The notes under the pieces were generated by a model that had not been told where the DNA came from, did no database searches, and saw nothing but the letters and a program-made list of their open reading frames with translations. Below are positions 50,318 to 60,863 of a stretch of 64,000 bases of DNA, piece by piece; the first letter of the stretch is position 1, and the number at the start of each line of letters is the position of its first letter. The position numbers and the translations under genes are program-made. This DNA comes from Vicinamibacterales bacterium (lineage in GTDB: Bacteria; Acidobacteriota; Vicinamibacteria; Vicinamibacterales; JAMQPK01). The stretch is from positions 99,631 to 163,630 of the forward strand of contig DATEEI010000123.1 of NCBI GenBank assembly GCA_035281225.1, given 5' to 3'.

Positions 50318-52797
50318 TGGCCGACACCTCGATAAAAGTTCCAGTCAACATCGAAGACGAAATGAAGCGGTCGTACATGGATTACGCCATGAGCGTAATC
50401 ATCGGACGAGCGCTGCCCGATGTCCGCGACGGATTGAAGCCCGCCCACCGTCGTGTGCTCTACGGCATGCGGCAAATGGGGCTCGCATCGAACCGCGGCT
50501 ACCGCAAGTGCGCGAAGATCGTCGGCGAGGTGATGGGCAACTACCATCCTCACGGCGACGCCTCGATCTACGACACGCTCGTGCGCTTGTCGCAGGATTT
50601 CAACATGCGGTACCCGCTGGTGGACGGCCAAGGGAATTTCGGTTCCGTCGACGGCGATCCGCCCGCGGCGATGCGGTACACGGAAGCGCGGCTGCAGGCG
50701 TTCTCGGACGATGTGATGGCGGATCTCGACAAAGAGACCGTGGACTTCGTGCCCAACTACGACGAGACGACTGAAGAGCCGAGCGTTCTTCCCGCGCACA
50801 TTCCCAACCTCCTCGTGAACGGCTCGTCCGGCATTGCCGTCGGGATGGCGACCAACGTGCCGCCGCACAATCTGCGCGAGGTCATCGACGGCGTGATCTG
50901 GGCGATCGAACAGGAGCAGGAGGCCAGCGTCAAGATCTCGAAGGAAGAGAAGCTGCGCGGACTGATGGAGCACGTCAAAGGCCCCGACTTCCCGACCGGC
51001 GGGCTCATCGTCGGGCGCGCGGGCATCCTCGCGGCGCATCGCACCGGACGCGGCGCCATTCTGATGCGCGCCAAGGTGTCGGTCGAGCACGCGAAGAAGG
51101 GTGACAAGCAGTCGATCATCGTCACCGAGATTCCGTATCAGGTGAACAAGGCGACGCTGATCAAGAAGATCGCCGACCTGGTGGGGGAGAAGACGATCGA
51201 GGGCATTTCCGATCTTCGTGACGAGTCCGATCGCGAAGGCATGCGTGTCGTGATCGAGCTCAAGCGCGGCGAAGTGCCTGAAGTCATCCTGAACAATCTC
51301 TACAAGCACACGCAGCTGCAGCAGAGCTTCGGCGTCATCATGCTGGCCATCGTGTCGGGCCGGCCGAAAGTGCTGAACCTGGCCGAGCTCGTCGACAGCT
51401 TCGTCGACTTCCGCCGGGAAGTGGTGACGCGGCGCACCCAGTTCGATCTGCGCAAGGCCGAGGCGCGCTTCCACATCCTCGAAGGATTGAAGATCGCGCT
51501 CGATCATCTCGACGCGGTCATCAAGCTCATCCGCGGATCGAAGACCGTCCCGGAGGCCCGCGACGGCCTCATCGCGCAGTTTTCGCTGAGCCAGGTGCAG
51601 GCGCAGGCCATCCTCGACATGCAGCTGCAGCGGTTGACTGGCCTGGAGCGCCAGAAGATTCTGGACGAGATGGCCGAGCTGTTGAAGACCATCGAGCGCC
51701 TGCGCGCGATCCTGAGCAGCGAGAAGCTGCTGATGCAGATCATCGTGGATGAGCTGAAGATCGTGCGGCAGAAGTACGGCGACGATCGACGAACCGAGAT
51801 CATCGAGGACAGCGGAGAACTGAGCATCGAAGATTTGATCGCCGAAGAAGACATGGCGATCACCGTGAGTAATACCGGGTACATCAAGCGCACGCCCATC
51901 ACGAGCTACCGGAACCAGCGGCGCGGCGGCAAAGGCCGCATCGGGATGCGCACGCGCGAGGAGGATTTCGTCAGCCACCTGTTCGTGGCCTCGACGCACG
52001 CCTACATCATGATTTTCTCGGACCGCGGGCGCGCGTATTGGCTCAAGGTGCACGAGATTCCCGACGTCGGCCCCGGCGGCAAGGGCAAAGCCATTGCGAA
52101 CCTGGTGTCGATGGCGCCTGACGAAAAGATTGCGGCCCTTCAAACCGTGAAGGAGTTCGAGGAGGGCAAGTTCATCGCCATGGGCACGCTGCGCGGTGTC
52201 GTCAAGAAGACGGAGCTACCGGCCTTCAGCAACCCGCGGGCGGGTGGCATTATCGCGATGGGCGTCGAGGATGGGGATCGCCTCATGGCGGCGCAGATCA
52301 CCGACGGAACAGGCGAGATTTTCATCGGAACTCGAGATGGCGTCGCCATCCGGTTCCCCGAGAGCGACGTGAGACCGATGGGCCGGACGGCCTACGGGGT
52401 GAAGGGCATCGGACTCCGCGAAGGAGACGAGGTGGTGGCCATGGAGGTCGTCAGGCCCGGAAGCACGCTCCTGACGGTGACTGAACACGGCTACGGCAAA
52501 CGGACCGAGCTGGACGAATACCGGGTGCAGTCCAGGGGCGGTGTGGGTATTATTAACATCCAAACAACCGAACGGAACGGTCGCGTGGTAGGAATGGCCT
52601 CTGTGCACGACGAGGATCAGTTCATGCTCATCACACAGCAAGGCAAGGTTCTGAGGACCGTCGCGCGCGATATACGGACCATCGGACGGGCAACACAAGG
52701 CGTACGGCTCATTGAGATCGATGCGGACGATCGAGTGGTGGCTCTCGCCCGGCTAGCGGAAAAAGACGAAGAGAACGGTTCCGAAGAACCTAACTAG
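50317..52797 (+). CDS. gyrA: DNA gyrase subunit A
   Basis: [38 protein letters not shown] (catalytic Tyr) and C-terminal beta-pinwheel repeats. The start overlaps the gyrB stop (TAATG). Confidence 0.97.
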
Positions 52798-52842
52798 GTC
52801 CGCCTGAAGGCGGGCACTACGGACTCTGAGAAGGAGGCTGGT

Positions 52843-53556
52843 ATGTTTCGGCCCAAGGCTAGCGTGTTTTTGCCGTTGCTCGTCGCGGTGACCGCGTTGA
52901 GCGGGTGCTCGGCGAACTCTCAGGAAGAGAACCTCGTGCGGCAGTACTTCCGCGCATCGGGGCTTCGCGACAACCAGACCCTCGCGAACTTCGCGGTCGT
53001 CAGCTTCGATCCGAAGACCGAAGGCGTGGTCACCGACTTCACAGTCACCTCGGTGAGCCCGGAGTGGAGCGAGCCGCTCAAGGTCATCGAGCTGTCCAAG
53101 GCGGTCACTGAAGCCGAAGCCGCGAACAAGGCCTTCAACGAAAAGAAGAAGGCCTATCAGGACACGAACATGCAAGCGATCGAGCGCGTGCTGAAGGCCC
53201 AAGCCTCCGGGCGAAAGCTCACAGGTAAGGACGGCCAGATTCAGGCCGAATGGGAAAAGTGGCAGGCTGATGCCGCGAGCGAGGCCAAGAAGGTGTCGGC
53301 AGCGAGAAATGCCTTGGCCAATTCACGGCCGGTCGCAGAACTGAGCCTGACGGCCGGGAACGGCGACACGCCGAGCATCGACGACATGAACGGATCCGTT
53401 GTGTCCAAGGAGGTCAACGTCGCGGCAACCGTCCGCGGCCCCGATGGCGCGACGAGTCAGAAGGACTATCGGGTCACCGTCCAGCGCGCCGTCGTGAAAG
53501 GTACATCAGGCGACCGCAACGGTAAGTGGGTTATCACCGCGATAAAACCGGTGTAG
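52843..53556 (+). CDS. Hypothetical lipoprotein
   Basis: Lipobox LSGCS, preceded by AGGAGG. No recognisable family. Confidence 0.6.
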   Translation: MFRPKASVFLPLLVAVTALSGCSANSQEENLVRQYFRASGLRDNQTLANFAVVSFDPKTEGVVTDFTVTSVSPEWSEPLKVIELSKAVTEAEAANKAFNEKKKAYQDTNMQAIERVLKAQASGRKLTGKDGQIQAEWEKWQADAASEAKKVSAARNALANSRPVAELSLTAGNGDTPSIDDMNGSVVSKEVNVAATVRGPDGATSQKDYRVTVQRAVVKGTSGDRNGKWVITAIKPV

Positions 53557-53562
53557 AACGTC

Positions 53563-53597
53563 GTAGGGCGGGTCTTGAACTGCAAGACCCGCCCTAC
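53563..53597. terminator. Perfect 15-bp-stem palindrome between convergent genes; candidate bidirectional terminator and palindromic-element copy
   Basis: GTAGGGCGGGTCTTG-AACTG-CAAGACCCGCCCTAC. The right arm contains the uvrD stop codon (53594-53596). Confidence 0.7.
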
Positions 53598-55876
53598 ACC
53601 ATTTCAAGTTTTGCGTACTTGGCGCGCAGCGTCTTCGCACCCACGCTGAATCGCACGATCAGCTTGACGTCGTCTGCCAGATCTTCCACGCTGAGAATCG
53701 TCCCGACCCCAAACTGCGGATGGCGGACCTTTGCTCCAAGGCGCAGCCCGAGCAGAGCGGACTGGTCTTCGTCCTCGTAGGAGTACGCCGGCTCTTCGCG
53801 GGTGCGGCTTGTCCCGCCTCGATAAGAACCATCCCTGGATCCGCGCCCGTAAGAGTTGGTACGCCCGAACCCTCCACCGAACGAACCCTGGAAGCTGCTC
53901 GTTGGATACACCGGTTCGATGCGCTCGACGAGCTGCGGCGGCACTTCGTCCATGAACCTGGAAGGCTCCATCGACTGGTACTCGCCAAAGACGCGCCGTC
54001 GTGCGGCGGCCGTGAGTACGAGCTGCGTTCGCGCGCGCGTCATGCCGACGTAGCAGAGCCGCCGCTCTTCGGCCATCTCATCCTCTTCGTCGAACGCGCG
54101 TGAGTGAGGGAACACACCTTCCTCGAGGCCGGCCATGATGACGGTCGGAAATTCGAGCCCCTTCGCTGCGTGCAGCGTCATAAGCCAGATGCGGGCCTCC
54201 ACGCTGCCCTGTCCTTCGTCTACCTCCGACAGCAGCGAAAGCTTGTCGGTGAAGCCTCCGAGCGACGCCTCCGGTTCCCGGCCCTCGTACTCGCGAGATG
54301 CCGACACCAGCTCCATCAGGTTTTCGATCCGGCTCTGCGACTCCTCACTCTTGTCCTCTCGCAAGTCTTGCAAATATCCGCTCTGATCGAGGACTTTGCC
54401 GAGGGTGATGGAAAGCGGCTCTTTGCGCGCGACATCGGACAGGCTGACGATGAGATCACGGAACACGCGCAACGACGCCAGCGCCCTCTGAGGAGCGAGC
54501 CGCTCGTCGATCGCCCGGTTCAGCTTGGTCCACAACGAATTCGGCGCCGGCACGGCGATGCCGCTCGCCAGCAGCAACGGAGGCGCTTCCTCGGCAGAAA
54601 CGCTCTCGATCGAGTCCATCACCCCCCTGCCAATACCGCGCGTCGGTACGTTGATTACCCGGCGCAAGCTCACGTCATCGTGCGGGTTGAGCAGAAGCTT
54701 GAGATATCCCAGCGCGTCTTTGATTTCTTTGCGCTCGTAAAACCGCACGCCACCGACGATGCGATACGCAAGGCCGGAGCGCATGAGTGAATCTTCTATG
54801 ACGCGCGATTGGGCATTCGTGCGGTAGAGGACCGCGACCATGCAGTCGGACCCGGAGGTGATTCCTGCGTGAGCCGTTCGCGTGATGAAGTCTGCCTCCT
54901 CGAGCTCGTCCGAACCGCGAAAATATTTGATGAGATCTCCTCCCTTGCGCTCCGTCCAGAGCCGCTTTTCCTTCCGATTCCGATTCTGGCCGATTACGGC
55001 AGAGGCGGCGTCGAGGATGATCTGCGTCGACCGGTAGTTTCGCTCGAGCTTCACGATCTTCGCTTCGGGAAAGTCGTGCTCGAAGTCGAGGATGTTCCGA
55101 AGGTCGGCGCCGCGCCATCGATAGATCGATTGATCGGGATCGCCGACGACTGCCAGGTTCCGGTACCGTTCGGAAAGGCGCTGGATCAGGTGGTACTGCG
55201 GGCGATTCGTGTCTTGGTACTCGTCCACCATGACAAAGCGGAACTTCTCGGCGTATTTCTCGCGAACGTGCGGCGCCTTGTCGAGCAGCTCGACGGCCTT
55301 CAGCAGCAGATCGTCGAAGTCGAGCGCCCCGTTGTCCTTGAGGCCTTGAATGTACTTCGCATAGACCTTCGCAAGCTGCTCCCCACGCTGGCTCCAGCCG
55401 GTTGAGGTGAAGAAATCGGGGCCCGCCATGGTGTTCTTGGCGTGGCTGATCTTCGACAGAGCCATCCGCGGTTGAACGAGGGTGTCGTCGATCTGCAGCT
55501 CTTTGAGCACCTGCTTGACGAGCGCCACCTGGTCGGACGAGTCGTAGATGACGAAATCGCGCGGCAGGCCAATCGCGGTTGCTTCACGGCGCAGCAGGCG
55601 TGCGCACAGCGCATGGAACGTCGAAATCCAGGAGCCCGCGAGCGAGGCCCCCAGCAGCGTCTCTACACGGGAGCGCATTTCTTCGGCGGCTTTGTTCGTG
55701 AACGTGACGGCGAGAATTTCATCGTGTTGCGCGAAGCCCTCGGACAGCAGATAGGTAATTCGCTGCGCGATGACGCGCGTCTTGCCCGAGCCGGCGCCGG
55801 CAAGAATGAGCAGTGGGCCGTCGATGTGGAGAACGGCGTCCCGCTGCTCGGGATTTAGACCTGTTAGTGGATCCAA
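53594..55876 (-). CDS. uvrD: ATP-dependent DNA helicase UvrD/PcrA
   Basis: LNPEQRDAV, AGAGSGKT (motif I), VMVDEYQDTN (motif II), a Gly/Arg-rich linker and a C-terminal Tudor-like segment (VRHPQFGVGTI). Confidence 0.93.
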   Translation of the reverse strand: MDPLTGLNPEQRDAVLHIDGPLLILAGAGSGKTRVIAQRITYLLSEGFAQHDEILAVTFTNKAAEEMRSRVETLLGASLAGSWISTFHALCARLLRREATAIGLPRDFVIYDSSDQVALVKQVLKELQIDDTLVQPRMALSKISHAKNTMAGPDFFTSTGWSQRGEQLAKVYAKYIQGLKDNGALDFDDLLLKAVELLDKAPHVREKYAEKFRFVMVDEYQDTNRPQYHLIQRLSERYRNLAVVGDPDQSIYRWRGADLRNILDFEHDFPEAKIVKLERNYRSTQIILDAASAVIGQNRNRKEKRLWTERKGGDLIKYFRGSDELEEADFITRTAHAGITSGSDCMVAVLYRTNAQSRVIEDSLMRSGLAYRIVGGVRFYERKEIKDALGYLKLLLNPHDDVSLRRVINVPTRGIGRGVMDSIESVSAEEAPPLLLASGIAVPAPNSLWTKLNRAIDERLAPQRALASLRVFRDLIVSLSDVARKEPLSITLGKVLDQSGYLQDLREDKSEESQSRIENLMELVSASREYEGREPEASLGGFTDKLSLLSEVDEGQGSVEARIWLMTLHAAKGLEFPTVIMAGLEEGVFPHSRAFDEEDEMAEERRLCYVGMTRARTQLVLTAAARRRVFGEYQSMEPSRFMDEVPPQLVERIEPVYPTSSFQGSFGGGFGRTNSYGRGSRDGSYRGGTSRTREEPAYSYEDEDQSALLGLRLGAKVRHPQFGVGTILSVEDLADDVKLIVRFSVGAKTLRAKYAKLEMV

Positions 55877-55879
55877 AAC

Positions 55880-57724
55880 TTATTCTACCGTGACGCTCTT
55901 CGCGAGATTGCGCGGCTGATCGACATCGCAGCCACACCGGACCGCGACGTGATACGCCAGTAGCTGCAACGGCAGTACCATCACAATCGGCGAGAGCATT
56001 TCGGGGACGCGTGGCAGGGAGATCATCGCGTCATGTGCGGGATCCAGCACGCTTTTCAGCGTGTCATGGCCGTCGGTGGTGATGGCAATTACCGATCCGC
56101 CTCGAGCCTTCACTTCTTGAATATTGCCAAGCATTTTCTCGAACAGGTGATCATTTGGTGCAACACTCACGATTGGCATGTTGCTGTCGATGAGCGCGAT
56201 CGGGCCGTGCTTCATCTCTCCGGCGGGATACCCTTCGGCGTGGATGTACGAAATTTCTTTCAACTTCAGCGCGCCTTCGAGGGCAATTGGGTAGTTGATG
56301 CCCCGGCCGAGAAAAAGAAAGTCCCGCCTGTCGGAGAAGCGCGCGGCGACCTCTTCGATCGCGGCTGATGCCTTGAGCGCCTGCTCCATCTGCTTCGGTA
56401 GCTGCAACAGCGCGGCAATGTGGCTCCGTGCATCGCTTTCCGCCAGCGTCCCCTTGATTTGCCCCAGGAAAAGAGCGAGCAGGTTCAGCGCGACGAGCTG
56501 AGAGGTGAAGGCCTTGGTGGAAGCCACGCCAATCTCCGGGCCCGCATGCGTGTAAATCGTGCCTTCGGCCTCGCGAGTCGCCATGCTGCCGACGACGTTG
56601 CAGATCGCGAGGCTGCGGGCGCCGTTCTTTCGCGCTTCACGAAGCGCAGCAAGGGTGTCGGCGGTCTCACCGGACTGCGTGATGATGACCACCAGCGTGT
56701 GGCGGTCGACGATGAAATCGCGATATCGGTACTCCGAGCCATAGTCGACCTCAACCGGCAGGCCCGCGAAGCGCTCGATGAGAAATTTGCCCACGAGGGC
56801 CGCGTGCCACGACGTACCGCACGCAATCAGCGCCACTTTTGTGATGTCGCGGAGATCGGCCTGAGAGATCGCGATCTCTTCGAGAAACACGTGGCCCGTT
56901 TCGACCGACACTCGCCCGAGCAGGGTTTCTTCGGCCGCGCGGGGCTGCTCGAAGATTTCCTTGAGCATGAAATGGCGGTAGCCGGATTTCTCCGCCATGA
57001 TGGGATCCCAGAGCACCCGTTGCGTGGCTTTCGAGACCGGTGTGCCTGCGAAGTTCGTGAACTCCACACCACGGCGTGTGATGACTGCCATTTCCTCGTC
57101 GCCGAGGAACACGACGTCGCGCGTGTGGTTCAGAATCGCCGGCGTGTCCGAAGCCACAAAGAATTCGCCGTCGCCGAGCCCCACGACAATGGGCGGGCCG
57201 TTACGGACGGCAACGATCTTGTCGGGGTCGTCCGTCGAAATCGCTACGAAGGCAAAGAGCCCGCGCAATTGCAGGAGCGCGCGGCGCGCGGCTCCCTCCA
57301 GGCCGCCCGTTCCCATCTCTTGCTCGAGCAGGTGAGCGATGACCTCTGAGTCGGTCTCGGAAACGAACCGATGGCCGAGGTTTTGTAGCTCGCGCTTGAT
57401 GTCGAGGTAGTTCTCGATGATGCCGTTGTGGACCACGACGATCTTGCCGCTGCAGTCCTGGTGCGGGTGCGCATTCTCCTCGGTGGGCCGGCCGTGCGTG
57501 GCCCAACGCGTGTGCCCGACGCCGTAAATCCCTTCGAGCGGCTGTGCGTCGATGGCCTGTTCGAGGTTGATGAGCTTGCCCGCGCTACGACGCCGTTCGA
57601 TCAGCCCGTTTCGGACGACGGCCACGCCGGCGGAGTCGTAGCCGCGGTACTCCAGACGCCGCAGCCCCTCGATGAGAACCGGTACAACTTCCTTGGGCCC
57701 AAGATAGCCGATGATTCCGCACAT
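55880..57724 (-). CDS. glmS: Glutamine--fructose-6-phosphate aminotransferase
   Basis: MCGIIGY N-terminal nucleophile. Two SIS domains. The C-terminus ends AKSVTVE. Confidence 0.97.
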   Translation of the reverse strand: MCGIIGYLGPKEVVPVLIEGLRRLEYRGYDSAGVAVVRNGLIERRRSAGKLINLEQAIDAQPLEGIYGVGHTRWATHGRPTEENAHPHQDCSGKIVVVHNGIIENYLDIKRELQNLGHRFVSETDSEVIAHLLEQEMGTGGLEGAARRALLQLRGLFAFVAISTDDPDKIVAVRNGPPIVVGLGDGEFFVASDTPAILNHTRDVVFLGDEEMAVITRRGVEFTNFAGTPVSKATQRVLWDPIMAEKSGYRHFMLKEIFEQPRAAEETLLGRVSVETGHVFLEEIAISQADLRDITKVALIACGTSWHAALVGKFLIERFAGLPVEVDYGSEYRYRDFIVDRHTLVVIITQSGETADTLAALREARKNGARSLAICNVVGSMATREAEGTIYTHAGPEIGVASTKAFTSQLVALNLLALFLGQIKGTLAESDARSHIAALLQLPKQMEQALKASAAIEEVAARFSDRRDFLFLGRGINYPIALEGALKLKEISYIHAEGYPAGEMKHGPIALIDSNMPIVSVAPNDHLFEKMLGNIQEVKARGGSVIAITTDGHDTLKSVLDPAHDAMISLPRVPEMLSPIVMVLPLQLLAYHVAVRCGCDVDQPRNLAKSVTVE

Positions 57725-57737
57725 ATTGACTTCTAAC

Positions 57738-57786
57738 CTCTTACTTCCTACTTCCTACTTCTTACTTCTTACTTTTTATTTTTTAC
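57738..57786. repeat. Seven tandem heptamers (TTCYTAC; GTARGAA on the coding strand) spanning the glmU stop and the glmS leader
   Basis: Plus-strand reading: CTCTTAC TTCCTAC TTCCTAC TTCTTAC TTCTTAC TTTTTAT TTTTTAC. Confidence 0.85.
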
Positions 57787-59161
57787 TTTCACCCTTCTTC
57801 TTACTCGCCCACTCTGCGATATTTCGCTGTTTCCCCGCGCTGACGGCGAGCGACCCGGCAGGAACGCTCTCGCGGACGGTCGTACCGCTCCCAATATAGG
57901 CGCCCTTCCCGATCGTCACCGGCGCGACGAGCTGGGAGTCGCTGCCGACGAACACTCCATCCTCGATGGTGGTCTGATGCTTCTGCGTGCCGTCGTAGTT
58001 GCAGGTGATGGTGCCGGCGCCGACGTTCACGCCTTCGCCGATCACGGCGTCGCCGAGGTAGGACAGGTGTCCTGCCTTCGAGCCCTTGCCGACGACCGAT
58101 TTCTTCAGCTCGACGAAATTGCCGATGTGCACCGACTCGCGAAGCTCCGTTTCAGGCCGGATGTGCACGAAGGGCCCGATTGTCGCGCCGGGGCCGACGC
58201 GGCTTCCGCTGATGACGCAGAAATTCTGCACCGTCACGCGATCGTCGAGGACGGAGTTGACAATCCGCACACCTGCATGGATCTCGCAGGCCTGGCCAAT
58301 CTGCGTCTTCCCCTCGAGATGTACGCCCGGATGGATGACGGTGTCCGATCCGACAACCACGTCAGCGTCGATGTACGTCGTCGCGGGATCCTCGATGGTG
58401 ACTCCCGCGGCCATGAGCTCTTCGTTCTTTTTCTGTCTCACGATTCGGCTCGCTCCTGCCAGTTCAGACCGGCTGTTGATGCCGCGAATCTCGTTGGGAT
58501 CGTCCAGCAGTACCGCCTCTACCCCGAATCTCCGCCGACGATAGCCCGAGATGAGATCGGTTAGATAGTACTCCCCCTGCGCGTTGCCCGTCGCGAGCCC
58601 GCGAAGTGCGTTGAAGAGGGGAGGGAGGGAGAAGACGTACACCCCGCCGTTGATTTCGCGTATTTTCCGCTGCGCCGGCGAGGCGTCTCGCTCTTCGACA
58701 ATGCGCGAGACCTTGCCTTTGACGCGAACGATGCGGCCGTAGCCGTAGGCCTGGTCGACGAGCGCGGTGAGTACGGTCGCGGCCGCCCCCGATTCCTCGT
58801 GCTTTCTGAGGAGCTCGGCGAGCGTGTGGCCTTTCAATAACGGCACGTCGCCGGACAGCAACAGGACAACACCGCTTCGGCCCTCGAGCACGCCGGCCGT
58901 CTGGAGGAGCGCATGGCCGGTACCAAGCTGCGGCTCCTGCGTGACGAAGGACAGTTCCGGATGGTCCTGGAGCCCTTGTCGCAGCCGTTCCTTCAAGTGG
59001 CCAGCCACCACGGTGATGCTGGTCGGCGACAGCGATTTCGCATCCCGAATCACGTAGTCGATCATCTGCCGTCCGGCGACGCGGTGCAGCACCTTCGGCT
59101 GGGCCGATTTCATTCGCGTACCTTTGCCGGCGGCGAGGATCACGACGTGGAGATCAGGCAT
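57776..59161 (-). CDS. glmU: Bifunctional UDP-N-acetylglucosamine pyrophosphorylase / glucosamine-1-phosphate N-acetyltransferase
   Basis: VILAAGKGTRMKS, and a left-handed beta-helix hexapeptide-repeat C-terminal half. Confidence 0.95.
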   Translation of the reverse strand: MPDLHVVILAAGKGTRMKSAQPKVLHRVAGRQMIDYVIRDAKSLSPTSITVVAGHLKERLRQGLQDHPELSFVTQEPQLGTGHALLQTAGVLEGRSGVVLLLSGDVPLLKGHTLAELLRKHEESGAAATVLTALVDQAYGYGRIVRVKGKVSRIVEERDASPAQRKIREINGGVYVFSLPPLFNALRGLATGNAQGEYYLTDLISGYRRRRFGVEAVLLDDPNEIRGINSRSELAGASRIVRQKKNEELMAAGVTIEDPATTYIDADVVVGSDTVIHPGVHLEGKTQIGQACEIHAGVRIVNSVLDDRVTVQNFCVISGSRVGPGATIGPFVHIRPETELRESVHIGNFVELKKSVVGKGSKAGHLSYLGDAVIGEGVNVGAGTITCNYDGTQKHQTTIEDGVFVGSDSQLVAPVTIGKGAYIGSGTTVRESVPAGSLAVSAGKQRNIAEWASKKKGESKK

Positions 59162-59209
59162 TGGGCGTTAACAGTTTACCGTTGACCGTTTGCCGACGAG
59201 GTAAGCGAT

Positions 59210-59262
59210 CTACGGTGAACGGCCAACGGCCAACGGCCAACGGTCAACGGTCAACGGTGAAC
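59210..59262. repeat. About seven tandem heptamers (CAACGGY) between the TPR gene stop and the glmU start
   Basis: TACGGT GAACGGC CAACGGC CAACGGC CAACGGT CAACGGT CAACGGT GAAC. ACCGTTGACCGTT (59178-59190) is the inverted complement of AACGGTCAACGGT (59246-59258). Confidence 0.85.
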
Positions 59263-59888
59263 TATCGTGACCGTCGAGTCGCTCTGCGGCGCTCGGCTTT
59301 TGCGGGGGTTGCAGCTTCGAGGGCCGCACGCACGTTGTCGTACCGGCGGAGCGGCTCGAGGTCCGGATCGTGGCGAGCCATCGCCTTGTTGTCCGGGTTG
59401 AGCTCGATCGCGCGCAGGAGAACCGGAACGGCCGCGTCGACTTCGTCGCGAAGCGCGAGCACCGACGCGAGCATGTAGAGCACATGATCGTGGTCGGGCG
59501 CCTCCTTGCTTGCCGTACGGAGGTGGCCGAGCGCCTCGTCGTAGTTCTCGACGTTAATCGCCAGCGTTGCGGCAAATACGCGCTCTTCGGGAGTCGCGGG
59601 AGATGCGGCTCGCGGCGCCATGTGCCGATCGCAGACGTTGAGATACAGGTGCACACGCTCGTGAAGGGCTCTTTCGGCCGGATAACGGGAGAGTACCGAG
59701 CGCAGGATGGACGATGCCCGGGCGTACTCATGCGCCTGGAGAGCGGCCACACCCTGCTCGTAAAGGGCAACAGCCTCAAGATACTCAGGACGCAAAGGCT
59801 TGACGGCATCGAGGGCACCGGCCACAGGCGGTTTTGGGACTGGCTTGGGCCGGACGGGACGGGGACTAGCCCGCCGCTTTTTCGCCAT
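59262..59888 (-). CDS. Tetratricopeptide-repeat-like protein with basic Pro-rich N- and C-termini
   Basis: Helical repeat pattern (YEQGVAALQAHEYARASSILRSVL ..., YDEALGHLRTA ..., AVPVLLRAIELNPDN). Confidence 0.55.
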   Translation of the reverse strand: MAKKRRASPRPVRPKPVPKPPVAGALDAVKPLRPEYLEAVALYEQGVAALQAHEYARASSILRSVLSRYPAERALHERVHLYLNVCDRHMAPRAASPATPEERVFAATLAINVENYDEALGHLRTASKEAPDHDHVLYMLASVLALRDEVDAAVPVLLRAIELNPDNKAMARHDPDLEPLRRYDNVRAALEAATPAKAERRRATRRSR

Positions 59889-59911
59889 TGGGCATCGACC
59901 TGAGAAGGGCG

Positions 59912-60787
59912 TTACGGTAACAAATCGGCGTTCCCTCGGTCAAGGTGACGGAACGCCTTGAGTCGCTCCAACATCGCGTATAGGTCATTGGTCGAAAGAC
60001 CAAATTTATCAGCGGTCTGGCTGAGTGCTTGCCGCCTCGAGAGACCGCCAGATTTGGTCATTCGATAGAAATATGCTTCGACTTGGATTTCATCAGGGGG
60101 CATGGCTTCTTTTGACGGAGCGACATATGGGCCAAGAACCACTGTGAACTCCCCTCTCTCAACGAAGGTTTTCGTCAATGCCTCAGCCGCAGTGGTTCGG
60201 AAGATCTCTTCGTGAAGTTTCGTGAGCTCCCGGCCAATAATAATTGGTCTATCGCCCAATAGCTCAGTAATATCGGCGAGGGTTTTTGATATTCTGTGCG
60301 GAGCTTCGTAGAAAATCACAACTCGGCTCTCTTCCAGAAAGGCAGAAAGCCATTTTTTTCGGTTGTTAGACCTAGAAGGAGCGAAACCAGCGAAGACAAA
60401 CTGGTCGCCCGGAAACCCCGAGGCGGCCAGTGCGGCGAGCACGGCGCTGGCGCCAGGAATTGGAATCACCCGAAATCCTCTTTCGATCGCGGCGGCGGTC
60501 AGTCGCTGACCGGGATCGGCCACAAGGGGGGTGCCCGCGTCAGAGACGAGCGCCAAGTCGGTGCCCTGAGTAAGCCTATCGAGCAATTGCGGCAGTTTTT
60601 GCCGCTCGTTATGCTCGTGAAGGCTCGTTGTCGGGGTGGTGATGCCGAAATGGCGCAGGAGGATGCCAGTACGCCGCGTATCTTCTGCCGCAATCAGGCC
60701 GACTTCCTTGAGGGTGCTGAGGGCGCGGAGCGTGATGTCTTCGAGGTTCCCGATCGGCGTCGACACGACGTACAGGCGGCCGGGCAT
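59912..60787 (-). CDS. rsmI: 16S rRNA (cytidine1402-2'-O)-methyltransferase RsmI
   Basis: LYVVSTPIGNLEDITLRAL..L.EV.LIAAEDTR, and the tetrapyrrole-methylase-fold motif SDAGTP. Confidence 0.9.
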   Translation of the reverse strand: MPGRLYVVSTPIGNLEDITLRALSTLKEVGLIAAEDTRRTGILLRHFGITTPTTSLHEHNERQKLPQLLDRLTQGTDLALVSDAGTPLVADPGQRLTAAAIERGFRVIPIPGASAVLAALAASGFPGDQFVFAGFAPSRSNNRKKWLSAFLEESRVVIFYEAPHRISKTLADITELLGDRPIIIGRELTKLHEEIFRTTAAEALTKTFVERGEFTVVLGPYVAPSKEAMPPDEIQVEAYFYRMTKSGGLSRRQALSQTADKFGLSTNDLYAMLERLKAFRHLDRGNADLLP

Positions 60788-60863
60788 ACGGGGATAGAGT
60801 ATTGTACCATTGTGGTTTGTCGGGATCTGATAATCAGAAATAGCGATTCGAGCTGCAGCCTAC

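Noticed and set aside
57725-57775. glmS ribozyme or riboswitch upstream of glmS.
   Set aside because: Only 51 nt separate glmU and glmS, too short for the ~170-nt ribozyme, and the tract is a simple heptamer repeat.
59161-59478. The plus-strand 105-aa ORF with a NGQR/STVN repeat peptide.
   Set aside because: It is a translation artefact of the heptamer array and lies antisense to the TPR gene 3' end.
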